Origin: Candidatus Poribacteria bacterium
Lineage (GTDB): Bacteria > Poribacteria > WGA-4E > WGA-3G
Reading direction: 5' to 3'
Length of the DNA stretch: 64,000 nt
Assembly (NCBI GenBank): GCA_964291315.2
Contig: OZ219751.1
Coordinates: 32,001 to 96,000, forward strand
Shown: in pieces, positions 10,740 through 21,400 of the stretch
How positions within the stretch are numbered: position 1 is the first letter of the stretch
How the letters are laid out: the number at the start of each line of letters is the position of its first letter
The notes under the pieces: generated by a model
What the model was told of the DNA's origin: nothing
What the model saw: only the letters and a program-made list of their open reading frames with translations
Databases searched by the model: none
Program-made: the position numbers and the translations under genes

Positions 10740-12552
10740 CGCCCATCGCTTCCAATTGTGAAATCTGTTTCATCCAAGATTTTCTGATTTCTGGACAGTA
10801 TTCGCCCGGAAGTAGCGATTTCCGTGTGCAATTAACGAGGGCTTGCAAAATTTGGTAACGTCGAATCGGACCGATGTCCGGTAGAATCCGATCTTCGACG
10901 ACAGCTATGATCTCATCGAGCGTTAATCTGCTTGTTTGCTCGGATGAGGTTGGCTGATGCCCCTTGCGAAGACTCACTGCCTCTAGATCAGAACGTAGTG
11001 AAGCAAAGCTCGCAGCAGAATAGTCCTCGGTGAGTTCCAGGATCTGTTCAATTGCTTCTTCAGAGAGTGGTGCAGCGGCAACTTTAGCGATCGTCCAGCG
11101 AAGGAAAGCCTTACGGTCTTCCCCGCTCGGGTCGAGCACTGGAATCACTATATCTCCAACCCTACCTTCTCGTCGTAGGTCAGGTGAAAGGTTATAGATG
11201 CGCGCAGTCATGAGGAGCCATGTGATGTTCCCACGGAGTTGCGGATCCGACATCATTGCCTGTATCTTTCCGGTCAAACGCCGTTCTGTGCTATGCGCAT
11301 CCTTACCAACATCACCGAATTGTGTGTCTGCTTCATCAACGAAGATAAGCACCTTCACAAGCGCCATCAACAATCGTCTGAGTCGCTCGAAAATGACATC
11401 TGTCTGTCCAAACCACATACTTCGAATATTTTTGAGAACCAGAACCGGAATGTCGAGTTCACCGGCAAGCCCCTCGAAAATAAAAGTTTTCCCGCTGCCG
11501 ATCGGACCACAAACACTCATTCCGGCGATTGAATCGGGACCCGTTGAAGTGATGCGTGGGATCAACTGTATCTTGAGAAAATCTACCAGTTTTTGGTTGC
11601 CTACGATATCGTTGAAACTGTGTGCAGGCTTCTTAAATTCTACGACATCCTCACCTAACTGGCCTTGGATAAATTCAGAAACTTTATTAATAACGTCTTC
11701 GGGTTGCAGTTTGTTGCCAGAATAGCGTGCAGAGAGAAGGAGCTGGCGCAGTGCTTGTATAGATAAGCCCGCTGTAAGCATTGCCAGTTGGGTTTGCGTG
11801 CCCCAAAGATTTAGCGGTTTTTCTGTCAGTTTCGGTGTGTTATTAAACCATGAAATGAAATGTTGACGCTCCTCCATTCCCGGTGATGGGATTTCGACGG
11901 TGACCACCTGCGGCAGCCTGATAATTCGAGAGTTCATAAGACTCGCGGATTCTGTGATGAAGATAACAGTATCGTTCCCGTTCATAAAATTAGAATCCGA
12001 AATCCAATCTTGAACGATGCTGATCCGGTGTCTATCCGGGAGCGACAAACTCCGAATTTCACCTTCTGGAAGCAACATATCTGCCGCTTCAATGAAAATG
12101 ATCAATTTTTCTCTTAAAAATTTTTTTCCTTGTGTGTTCCTACTTCGGGAGAGGAGACACAACTGCCGTAAGAGTTCAAGTGCCAAGGTTGGGCTGCCGA
12201 TTGCATCGTTCGTGTATTGTGTAAAAGAAACATCGGCAGTCTCAGAAGAAGCGTATAAACCACTAATAGGGCGGCGCGTATTTATGCTTGCATTTGTGGC
12301 AAACCCCGACTCGGTTACCCCTCGCCATACATTGAACGCCTGCTTAACCTTTTCTCGTTCAGCGTCCTGGGAAAACCGTATGGGTCCGTTGAGTTCGTAA
12401 ACTATCAGGATAAATCCGGGAATATCCCAACTGCAGGTTAGAAAAGGGACGAGTGGAATGTAGTCTGTATTCTCTCCCTCACGTATAAAAAAGAGGTCGT
12501 GGATATTTCCGGACAAGACAAGACTACGAGACGTTCCTGAATTGATGAGCAT
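10729..12552 (-). CDS. AAA+ ATPase with a degenerate N-terminal AAA-like domain and an active C-terminal AAA domain
   Basis: Walker A GPIGSGKT, pore loop SMWFGQTD, Walker B IFVDEAD and Arg finger RREGR; N-terminal half has SGNIHD / IFIEAAD remnants. Confidence 0.85.
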   Translation of the reverse strand: MLINSGTSRSLVLSGNIHDLFFIREGENTDYIPLVPFLTCSWDIPGFILIVYELNGPIRFSQDAEREKVKQAFNVWRGVTESGFATNASINTRRPISGLYASSETADVSFTQYTNDAIGSPTLALELLRQLCLLSRSRNTQGKKFLREKLIIFIEAADMLLPEGEIRSLSLPDRHRISIVQDWISDSNFMNGNDTVIFITESASLMNSRIIRLPQVVTVEIPSPGMEERQHFISWFNNTPKLTEKPLNLWGTQTQLAMLTAGLSIQALRQLLLSARYSGNKLQPEDVINKVSEFIQGQLGEDVVEFKKPAHSFNDIVGNQKLVDFLKIQLIPRITSTGPDSIAGMSVCGPIGSGKTFIFEGLAGELDIPVLVLKNIRSMWFGQTDVIFERLRRLLMALVKVLIFVDEADTQFGDVGKDAHSTERRLTGKIQAMMSDPQLRGNITWLLMTARIYNLSPDLRREGRVGDIVIPVLDPSGEDRKAFLRWTIAKVAAAPLSEEAIEQILELTEDYSAASFASLRSDLEAVSLRKGHQPTSSEQTSRLTLDEIIAVVEDRILPDIGPIRRYQILQALVNCTRKSLLPGEYCPEIRKSWMKQISQLEAMGVRG

Positions 12553-12645
12553 TCCGGCGTCTTGACGGAATGTATAGGTTGGGTTTTTAACGGCTATAAG
12601 CTACCCACCCCCTTTTTTCTGCATAGCAGGCCTGTGAGAATCACG

Positions 12646-13482
12646 TTATAACGGCAATTCAGTATCTGAGTCCGTTTTTGCCTTATCGGGTTCAGTCTTC
12701 GTCTGTGTGTCGGTCTGTTGTGCCCCGAAAATTAAGGCATCAAATTCGTCAGAAGCACTGGAAGATCGCGCAGCTGTAAGGAATTCTTCCTCTTCGCTCG
12801 TTGAATCCGTTCCGGCTAATTCCTGTGCAACTGTTGACCGCGCCTTTGCTTTCTCGCGTATTTCGCGCATTCGAGTCAATTCGGCAGAGGTTCCATCCAT
12901 ACTGATGCCCGAAAGCATATCGGCAATTTCCTCTTGTTCTCGAGCCGTAATTAGATCCGCAACTGCCTCGGACTGTTCAGTTTTAATCTTATCTAAATCA
13001 CGATGTAAACTAGTGATCTGAAGTTTATGTGACTCAACATCAGCTCGTGCACCTTCAATCTCACTTTCCAATTCTGTAATGCGCTCGGTTTTCTCCACCA
13101 AATTGGAATTAAAGTCTTGGTAAGCAGTGACGCATCTTGTATATTCAGGGTGCTGCTTGACTTGTTCCTGTGTCAACCCTTCACCCTGCAATGCCGTAGC
13201 TGTCTCTTGTGCCTTGGCGATTGCCCCTGATTTTAGTTCTTCAAACCGATCGACTTCGTCAGTCAGGTTTTTAACCGTAGATTTCTTCTGTTCCACGATC
13301 GCAATGAGTTGTCCGATTGCTTGCTTATAACGCTGGATATTCCCTTTTTTATCCTTGATGATGTCTTCATAAGCCCCTCTGACGGCTTCAGGGTTTTCCA
13401 TCATTCTATCCGCGGATTCATGCGCGCGGCCTGTCAGTGTATACCAGATAGCCTTAAAAAATCTTGTGAATCCATTTGCCAT
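12646..13482 (-). CDS. PspA/IM30/Vipp1 (ESCRT-III superfamily)-like coiled-coil protein
   Basis: Amphipathic N-terminal helix (GFTRFFKAIW), ENPE motif, long coiled coil, 'RMREI...A' and 'DEFDAL' C-terminal helices; AGGAG RBS. Confidence 0.75.
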   Translation of the reverse strand: MANGFTRFFKAIWYTLTGRAHESADRMMENPEAVRGAYEDIIKDKKGNIQRYKQAIGQLIAIVEQKKSTVKNLTDEVDRFEELKSGAIAKAQETATALQGEGLTQEQVKQHPEYTRCVTAYQDFNSNLVEKTERITELESEIEGARADVESHKLQITSLHRDLDKIKTEQSEAVADLITAREQEEIADMLSGISMDGTSAELTRMREIREKAKARSTVAQELAGTDSTSEEEEFLTAARSSSASDEFDALIFGAQQTDTQTKTEPDKAKTDSDTELPL

Positions 13483-13598
13483 GGTTATTTCTCCTATTGA
13501 GGGTGCACATTAAAGGCACTACCTTCCTATATTAGTTTGTCGGTTATGTTGCTGCGACTTTGTCCGGTTTTTCACCGCACATAAACACCTATGTTAAT

Positions 13599-13627
13599 AT
13601 TTTAACATATTTTATTAAAAGCTGCAA
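13599..13627 (-). promoter_or_regulatory. Candidate sigma70 promoter for the pspA-like/AAA operon
   Basis: Minus strand TTGCAG-17 nt-TAAAAT with TG extension. Confidence 0.4.
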
Positions 13628-13919
13628 GCAAATTTTACATAAACCAATGCCATTTATGGCAAATTCTAAAAATAGGTTCACGCTTCAATCAACAACAAAA
13701 ACACACACGCTGTTCTAATTCGGCGCGTCGAGACATTATTAATTGCTCCGGAAACGCTCTGCTAGCGCGTTTCCGTTGGGGCGATTCCGAATCCCCAATA
13801 GATGTCATACACACATTCAACGCTGATTCCATTTTCTTGTAGGAACAAGCTCCAGATCATGATTTCTTCCTTCAGAAAAACCAGAGAACTCAACAACAGT
13901 AGTGCCACTCAAATTCTCC

Positions 13920-13948
13920 TTGACAAGAAGGAGGCATCCAAGTAGAAT
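13920..13948 (+). promoter_or_regulatory. sigma70-type promoter
   Basis: TTGACA-17 nt-TAGAAT, 32 nt before the ATG at 13981. Confidence 0.6.
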
Positions 13949-13980
13949 AAAGAATAAAAACTACTTTTAATCTTCGAAAG

Positions 13981-16389
13981 ATGCTTGTGAAACCTATGGT
14001 ACATAGGTCATTTTCATATTGGTTGTGGTTTGCTGCGCTTGGCGCATTAGCACTTGTGCTTACCAATGTGCCGTTATTTGACATCCTTGCTTACGAGTTT
14101 TGTGCTGTAATGGCGCTCGGTATCTCTTTCACAGGTGCGCATGTGACACTAACAACACTGCAACAAATGAAGCAAAACCCTGAGGCACTTGCAGGTTCAT
14201 CCAGACAAATCGTCTTCCGATGTTTCTGGAACGCACTGATATCTAACATCAGTTTACTCATGCTGCCGCTTCTCATAATCTTGCTGAATGCTTTTCGTTC
14301 CAAGAATTGCGATTTTAGAGAAGGATTCCTCTTTTTTGTTATCTTACCGTTGATCAGTTGTTTGTATGCTACAGCGGCGGGCGTATTTTTCGGAGTCTGG
14401 CTCAAAACAAGATGGTTAGCATATTTGGCATATCTGAGTTATCTTCTGCTTTCTTATGTTCCGATGGTTATTAATCTAATATTTCATCCACCAGTGTTTG
14501 CATATCACTCCACTTTTGGGTATTTTCCAGGACCAATTTACGATTTTGTTGTTCAGATAACACGGACGCTTCTAATTGCACGGATGGAAACGTTGCTCTG
14601 GATACTCTTATTTTTGGGACTTACTGTCACTTTATGTGAGGTTAGTAGAAAAACAGGATGGATGCCCCAATTGAGATGGTGTAAATTGGTGGCCCCGCTT
14701 AGGAAACGTCTGCCGCTATATCTATTAACCCTCATTTTACTCGGTTTTCAATTTTACGCCGGGGCACTCGGTATTCGCCCAACTCGCGAGGACATCGCAC
14801 AAGAACTCGGAGGATTCCGAGAAACAACACACTTTGAAATTTTCTATGCGCGTGAACTCGATACCGAGATTGATCGGATTGCCGAGGATTGTGAATTTCA
14901 GTACGCCCAATTGTCCGCCTACCTCATGCCTGAAGGTGCAACGCTGTCCCGGAAAGTCCGAGCATATATCTATGCCTCCCCCGAACAAAAAAAGCGGTTA
15001 ATTGGTGCACGTCATACGTCCGTAGAGGACCCATTTGGGTATGGGTTTCACATCCATGCACAAGGCTTCCCGCATCCGGTGTTAAAGCATGAATTAGCCC
15101 ACGTTTTTACTGTACCTTGGTCCCCTCTGAAAGTGAGTTTGAAGATAGGTCTCCACGAAGGAATAGCAGTCGCTGCGGATTGGAATGAAGGTAGGTTGAC
15201 AGGCCACCAATGGGCAAAAGCGATGCGTCAGATGGAGGTCGCCCCACCCCTACTAAGCATCATGGGGATTGGGTTTTGGCAGTACGCAGGCTCCCAGAGC
15301 TATCTTTTGGCGGGATCCTTCGTTCGGTTCCTTTTTGACACCTATGGTCTCGAGAAATTTAAGAATGTTTTTCCTACCGGAAATTTTTCCAAACATTATG
15401 GAAAGAATTTGTACGCCTTGGAGAGGGAGTGGGTTGAATTTTTGGAGAATATACCTTTGGAAGACGACGATATAGCTTACGCGACCTACCGTTTGCAGCA
15501 GCGTAGTGTTTTTGAGCGGGTTTGTGCCCATAAAATGGCTGCTTTGCGGGACGCTGCCTGGCATGCATACTCCCGAAAAGATTTTCGCACTGCTACTCAA
15601 ACCTTTGAAACGATGCTGTCAACCGAGCCTAAGAGTCTCGGTACATTGCGCGGTTTAATGTATAGTGCCTACAGAATGCAAGATTATGACAGAGCTCTCT
15701 CTTTAGCAACCTATATCGCAAACGAACAAGATACACGCTTCAGTCCAGAGGCAGTGCTGTTAAAAGGGGACATCTACTGGCTTAAGAATGTTCATGAGAA
15801 AGCATTGGACATATACTTTTCATTGGAAACAGAACATGAGACGACTGAGTTAAGACGTATCAAACGAATTGTGGCGCTCTCTTATCCTGATATGCCCGCA
15901 ACAGATGAGAATCTCCAACCGATTCCCATGGGGCCGGAAAATTTTTCCCCGCGAGATTTACTCCGTGCTGTGCTGTTAGAATCTAAAAAGGCATCGGAAA
16001 AAATGGTGAACTTGTCAATATGTATACAAACCGACCCGGACATGTGGTTGGCATACCTTTTAGCGGGCGAATTGCTTCATAAAGAAGGAGCATGGCAGAG
16101 CAGTAATCAATATTTCGAACGCGCTGCGATGCTCTTAGAGAAAGCGGAGACTCAGGGTAAAGATTCACATAGAACCCCAACGTCGCTACAGCTGACGCAC
16201 CGACAATATCGAAGCATCACTTTAGACATCCAGAGGACAATAGGCATCAACGCATATCATCAGAAAGATTATGAGACCGCGACACGAGTGTTTTCTGCAA
16301 TCGCAAAAAGTGAAGGGTTGCCCCTCGGGACAACACTGAAGGCAGATGAATGGCGACAAAGATGTCAATGGGCGCAGCTGCATCGATAG
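13981..16389 (+). CDS. Multi-pass membrane protein with zincin-type metallopeptidase domain and TPR repeats
   Basis: About 7 TM segments, then HELAH...EGIA (HExxH + downstream E, gluzincin pattern), then TPR-like helices. Confidence 0.75.
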   Translation: MLVKPMVHRSFSYWLWFAALGALALVLTNVPLFDILAYEFCAVMALGISFTGAHVTLTTLQQMKQNPEALAGSSRQIVFRCFWNALISNISLLMLPLLIILLNAFRSKNCDFREGFLFFVILPLISCLYATAAGVFFGVWLKTRWLAYLAYLSYLLLSYVPMVINLIFHPPVFAYHSTFGYFPGPIYDFVVQITRTLLIARMETLLWILLFLGLTVTLCEVSRKTGWMPQLRWCKLVAPLRKRLPLYLLTLILLGFQFYAGALGIRPTREDIAQELGGFRETTHFEIFYARELDTEIDRIAEDCEFQYAQLSAYLMPEGATLSRKVRAYIYASPEQKKRLIGARHTSVEDPFGYGFHIHAQGFPHPVLKHELAHVFTVPWSPLKVSLKIGLHEGIAVAADWNEGRLTGHQWAKAMRQMEVAPPLLSIMGIGFWQYAGSQSYLLAGSFVRFLFDTYGLEKFKNVFPTGNFSKHYGKNLYALEREWVEFLENIPLEDDDIAYATYRLQQRSVFERVCAHKMAALRDAAWHAYSRKDFRTATQTFETMLSTEPKSLGTLRGLMYSAYRMQDYDRALSLATYIANEQDTRFSPEAVLLKGDIYWLKNVHEKALDIYFSLETEHETTELRRIKRIVALSYPDMPATDENLQPIPMGPENFSPRDLLRAVLLESKKASEKMVNLSICIQTDPDMWLAYLLAGELLHKEGAWQSSNQYFERAAMLLEKAETQGKDSHRTPTSLQLTHRQYRSITLDIQRTIGINAYHQKDYETATRVFSAIAKSEGLPLGTTLKADEWRQRCQWAQLHR

Positions 16390-16528
16390 GCTGTCATAAA
16401 TCCGGGACCTCAAACTCAATCTGAAGTTTTTAACTCGGTTTTCAATTCAAATTCCATATCTTCGTCTAATTAAAGGCAACCTAAGAGCAATTTGTACTAT
16501 TTTGATCCTTAAGATCAGAGGAGTTTTC

Positions 16529-18447
16529 ATGAAACTTTTTGTGCCGGGAAGAATTTGCCTGTTCGGTGAACACAGTGACTGGGCGGCTAGGTATCGACTA
16601 AATAACTCCGAGCTCGAAAAGGGCTATACATTAATAACTAGCACAAACCAAGGGGTATTTGCTGAGATTAAACGGCATCCAACCCGTCTGATTTTGAATA
16701 CAACTCTCAGTGATGGCACTCGCCACGGTCCCTATAGTCTGCCTATGGAGGGAAATGCCCTGCTCGCTGAGGCTGAAAAGGGGGGATTTTTTAGCTATGC
16801 TGCCGGGGTCGCATATCAGATTTTAACCGACTATCGCGTCCAAGGACTAGAAATAGATAATTATCTCACTGATTTACCAGTCAAAAAAGGATTGTCTTCA
16901 AGTGCAGCTATTAGCGTGTTGGTGGCACGCGCCTTCAATCGTACGTATGATCTTAAGATGACAACACGCGGTGAAATGGAATACGCCTATCGAGGCGAAA
17001 CGACTACACCTTCACGCTGTGGACGAATGGATCAAGGCTGTGCCTACCAACGCCCTATTCTCATGACCTTCGATGGAGACCGAGTTGATGTCCGAGAAAT
17101 CAGCGTACCAGAAAACCTGTACCTTGTAATTGTCGACCTCGGAGCTGGTAAAGATACACGCTTGATATTGAACCAATTAAATCACTGTTATCCATTCGCC
17201 GATAGCGAATTAGAAAAAAGTGTACAACACTACCTTGGTCCAGTGAGTGCTCAAATTACACAAGCGGCATATCAAGCACTCCGTAACGGAGATGCAGAAA
17301 CCGTAGGCAAACTGATGACACGCGCGCAAGCAGAGTTCGACAAACACCTAATTCCAGCATGTCCATCCCAATTGACAGCGCCTGTTCTCCACAGAGTCCT
17401 GAATTATAAAGCAATTCGACCTATGTTTGGGGCGGTAAAGGCGTTGGGTCGCAAGGCGACGGGTCCGCCCAATTCATTGTGAAAGATGAAGAAAGCCAAC
17501 AGAAAGTTATTGAGATTATCGAGCGGGATTTGAAGATGTCGTGCCTAAAGCTGGTGATTGAGGCCGGGAGACACGTCCGAAAAGCAGTTATCCCTGCTGC
17601 AGGGTTTGGAACCCGTTTATTTCCAGCGTCAAAGGCGATGAAAAAGGAGCTTTTCCCTATAATTGACCGCTCTGGACGCGCCAAACCTGTAATTATGGCA
17701 ATCGTTGAAGAGGCGATAAACGCTGGCATTGAGGAAGTCTGCATTATTGTACAACCCGGTGATACAGCACTCTTCGAATCATTTTTCAAAACGCCTCCCC
17801 CGATTGAACATTTTAATAAGCTCAGCAAAGAAAACAAGATGTATTGCGACTCGCTACTCGAATTAGGGAGGCGTGTGACATTCGTGACACAAGACGTTCA
17901 AGAAGGTTTCGGACATGCTGTCTATAGTGCCCGGGAATGGGTCGGCAACGAACCTTTCCTCCTTATGCTCGGTGATCATCTCTACAGTTCAGATGTGGAA
18001 AAATGCTGTGCACGACAGGTCGTCGAGGTTTATGAGCAAGTAGGGCACAGCGTAGTTGGCCTCAAAGTTACCCCGATTGAGCAATTATCAAACTTCGGAT
18101 GTGTCACTGGCGCGTGGAAAAAGGAAAACTCGCTACTTTCGGTGACAGAGTTCTATGAAAAACCGGATGCTGAGTATGCAATGGAGCATCTACATGTTGA
18201 CGGAATGGATATAGACCACTTTTTGACGGTGTTCGGCATCTATGTACTTCAACCCCAAGTTTTCGAGTTTATAGAACAAAATATTACCTATAATCTCCGT
18301 GAGCGGGGCGAATTCCAACTCACGCCTTGTTTAGATGAGTTACGAAAAGCGGACGGTTTTTCAGGGTATCTTGTTAAGGGACACCGATTTGATATCGGTC
18401 TCCCCGAGGAGTATCGGCAAACTGTCATTGATTTCAGAAATGCCTGA
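16529..18447 (+). CDS. Bifunctional GHMP sugar kinase / GalU-like nucleotidyltransferase, split by a 1-nt frameshift near 17420
   Basis: PGRICLFGEHSD and PVKKGLSSSAA (GHMP); KAVIPAAGFGTR, GFGHAV, LGD, EKP and EFQLT (NTP transferase); GGKGVGSQGDG of the kinase C-terminus lies in the downstream frame. Confidence 0.8.
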
Positions 18448-18496
18448 CGAGTTCCTCTTCTTAGTTACACTGAACGTCTCATGTTCTCACGGCATC

Positions 18497-21400
18497 TCAC
18501 GGAATTCTGACAACGACGATTGTCATATCGTCATACTGCTCTGCCTCGCCCACGAAGCTGCGGACATCCGCTACAACATGCTCAACGATTTCTGTTGCGT
18601 TGTAACCGTCAGGGATGCGTGAAATGGAGTCTTTTAAACGTTCAGTTCCGTACATTTCCTCCTTTTCATTGAGTGCCTCAATAAGACCGTCCGTATAAAA
18701 AATTAGAATATCGCCCTTACTTAAATCGACCGTCTCAGATTCATATCGCACCCTTTTCATACTGCCGAGAGGGAGATCGCTATTTTCAATCTCAATTATA
18801 TCGTCACCGCGCTTGAGAACGGGGTACGGTTGACCACCATTAGCATAATCGATTTGTCTCTTAGTTTCATCAAGAAGTGCAAGATTGAGCGCAATGAAGC
18901 TCGGTCCATACATACGCGGTGCTAATCCTGAATTGAGGTCGCTCAGAATGACAGCCGTATCAGATTTGAAACGTGAGATTTCGTACAACATTCCATTTGT
19001 TAGCACCGCATTCATCGCGCCTCGCAGGCCTTTTCCAGCGGCATCTGCTACCACTATTGCTGTTTGCCCATTCGCTACGGTAAGGTAATCGTAGAAGTCG
19101 CCACCTACTTGTGTCGCGGGCACCGACATTCCGGCCACATCAAACCCTTTCGTATCAGGTGCTTCTGTAGGCAGAAGCCCCATTTGGATATTCTGTGCTT
19201 CGTTCAGCTCAGCGCGAATACGGTTTATTTCCTTTTCTTCACTTTCACGCATTTGGTTACGTAACTGCACCGTGTGCCGTCTATTAACGATTAGACGGCC
19301 CAACAATGCAAAAACAACCGTGATAAAAATCAACGTCGGTAGATAAGTCCGCCAGCGTGTCCAGAAAGGTGCTTGAATATTAAAATCGACGACCGCCGGT
19401 GGATGTGTGTAGGGCCAGTCCTCTCGGAATGCCTTAACGAGGAAACTATAATTTCCAGCTTTCAAGCCGGTGTATCGGATGCGCAGTATACCGTTCCGAT
19501 TTTGAAGCCCCACTTTAACTCCGCTGTTACTCATGAGCTGCCCATCTGTTGATTCGGATGTAAGCGGACTCACCCATCCCTCAGATGAAGCATTGGGATT
19601 TGTTGTTAAAAAAGAAATCATTTCTGCCGAAACATGAGTCCACTTTTGTGTGCCCAATCCAAGCAATTTGAATTGGTATGAGAGCCCTTCCCTGAGCGGA
19701 CTAATCCCTTGCACATCAAAGGTAATATTTCTGCTACCGCGCGCCGGCAGCCCTAATTTAGATGAGAGCTGCGTGTAGGTTTTGTCAGCCTCTAAAGTAA
19801 TCAGCCGACAGCGTGGAAGTCCGCCGCGTGTAGGCGTATACTGTGTCGCTCCGCCTTCTGTAGCAAACCATAGGTCTTGATTTGTTGATTCATAAACTTT
19901 CGATATGTTGTTGTGGGCTAGCCGTTTTTGGTGGTACGTGTGTGGAAGGTTTCACCATCATATTGAACAATTCCCCCGCCTCTTGTTGCAAACCAGATAT
20001 TACCACTGCTATCCTCTATCACATCCGACACGTTGTTCACAAGGAATCCATCTTTTGTTGTGTATGTTGTCAGCTCTTTTCCATCATAGCGAACGGCTCC
20101 ACGGGATGTAGCTAACCAGAGGCTCCCATCCTTGGAAGTTAATGAAGCATTTACTGATGCAAGTTCAATATCTCGAGTCGTTATCAATTTTGTTCCTAAG
20201 TATGTCCTCAGAGCATTTGAAAAAAGAAAAGTTATCTCGTTATTCTGCTGTGTTGGATCCTTCCAAACCGCAAGTGGTGCTGAGCTTGACCCACCTTCAA
20301 GAGTGTGTGGAACGTAGAGTTCAGTCTCACTCCACATTATCAATTTTCCTGTTACTGCGTTGAAGTACCATTTTCCTGCTGTTGTGGATTTTAACAGGGT
20401 TGTTGCTTTAAGGGGGAGTATTTCTGGGACGATAGGCCGTGTTCTGGCTGTTAAGCGTTCCAGATTTTTGGGGTAACGTAGAACCTTTCCGTTCCCGAAG
20501 TGCACCCAGAGCCTATCATTGAGGTCTTTATATAGATCAGTAATAGGAGTTTCAGCTTGATCTATCTCGGTGGTTGTTCCAAACTGGAAACTCTTTATAG
20601 CCGAGACATATTGGTCTATCTCAGTAGTTGTTTCAAACAGAATTTGCTGGAGTTTGCCGAGTCTGCTATTCGTAAAGTGTAATAGTCCGGAAGTATCGGC
20701 TTTAAAAAGGTGTCCTCCGAAAGCGAGCCATCGGTGTTTTCCTTCTGTAAGGAGTACTTCAGGTTCGATGTTTGCTCCTTCTCCGCCGGGTCCGATTCGT
20801 GTTTTGATGGAGATAGTGACTTCATCGAATTTTCCATTTGCATATCGGAAGAAGGTATATCGGGTAGACCTCTGAGATCGTCTTGGATCTACAGAGTTCA
20901 CAAACCAGATGTGTCCATCAACTTCAAAAATTTTTGTAACTTCAGTTCGAAAACGCAACCGAGTTTGATCCCTGTCTGTAGCGTTGACTTGTGCTGATGG
21001 TGATCCATCTTGAGTCAAACCCAAGAGTAGTGAAGCTGTAGTCAGCTCTCCGAGCTCCGCGTTATAACGAGCAACACCTCCGCGAACACTAAACCAGAGA
21101 TAACCCCGACTGTCTTCATAGATCAGTCGCACTCTATGGTTGCCAAGACCGGCATGGGTACTGATAGCCGGAATCGGATCGAACGCCATTACACCGTTAT
21201 TGTGTCCAAACCACAATTTACCGTCAACAGCTTCAAAAATCGTGTGGATATGATCGTTTTCGAGACCGCTGCTGGCAGTATAAGAAATTGGCTCAAGATC
21301 AGCATTATACTGCTGTGGACCCTTTTCATTAGTGAACCATAAATTACCCCAGGCATCTTCAGCTTCAAGAAATCCTGATAGGTTTTCGTGTGTGCGTAAT

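Noticed and set aside
13535-13590. c-di-GMP-I riboswitch-like hairpin in the pspA leader (CGGU-GAAAA-ACCG-GACAAAG)
   Set aside because: Lacks the GGCAAA and GACGCAAAG consensus and a convincing second stem
17410-19930. Programmed ribosomal frameshifting at the two split genes
   Set aside because: No slippery heptamer at either site; both look like one-base losses in short homopolymers
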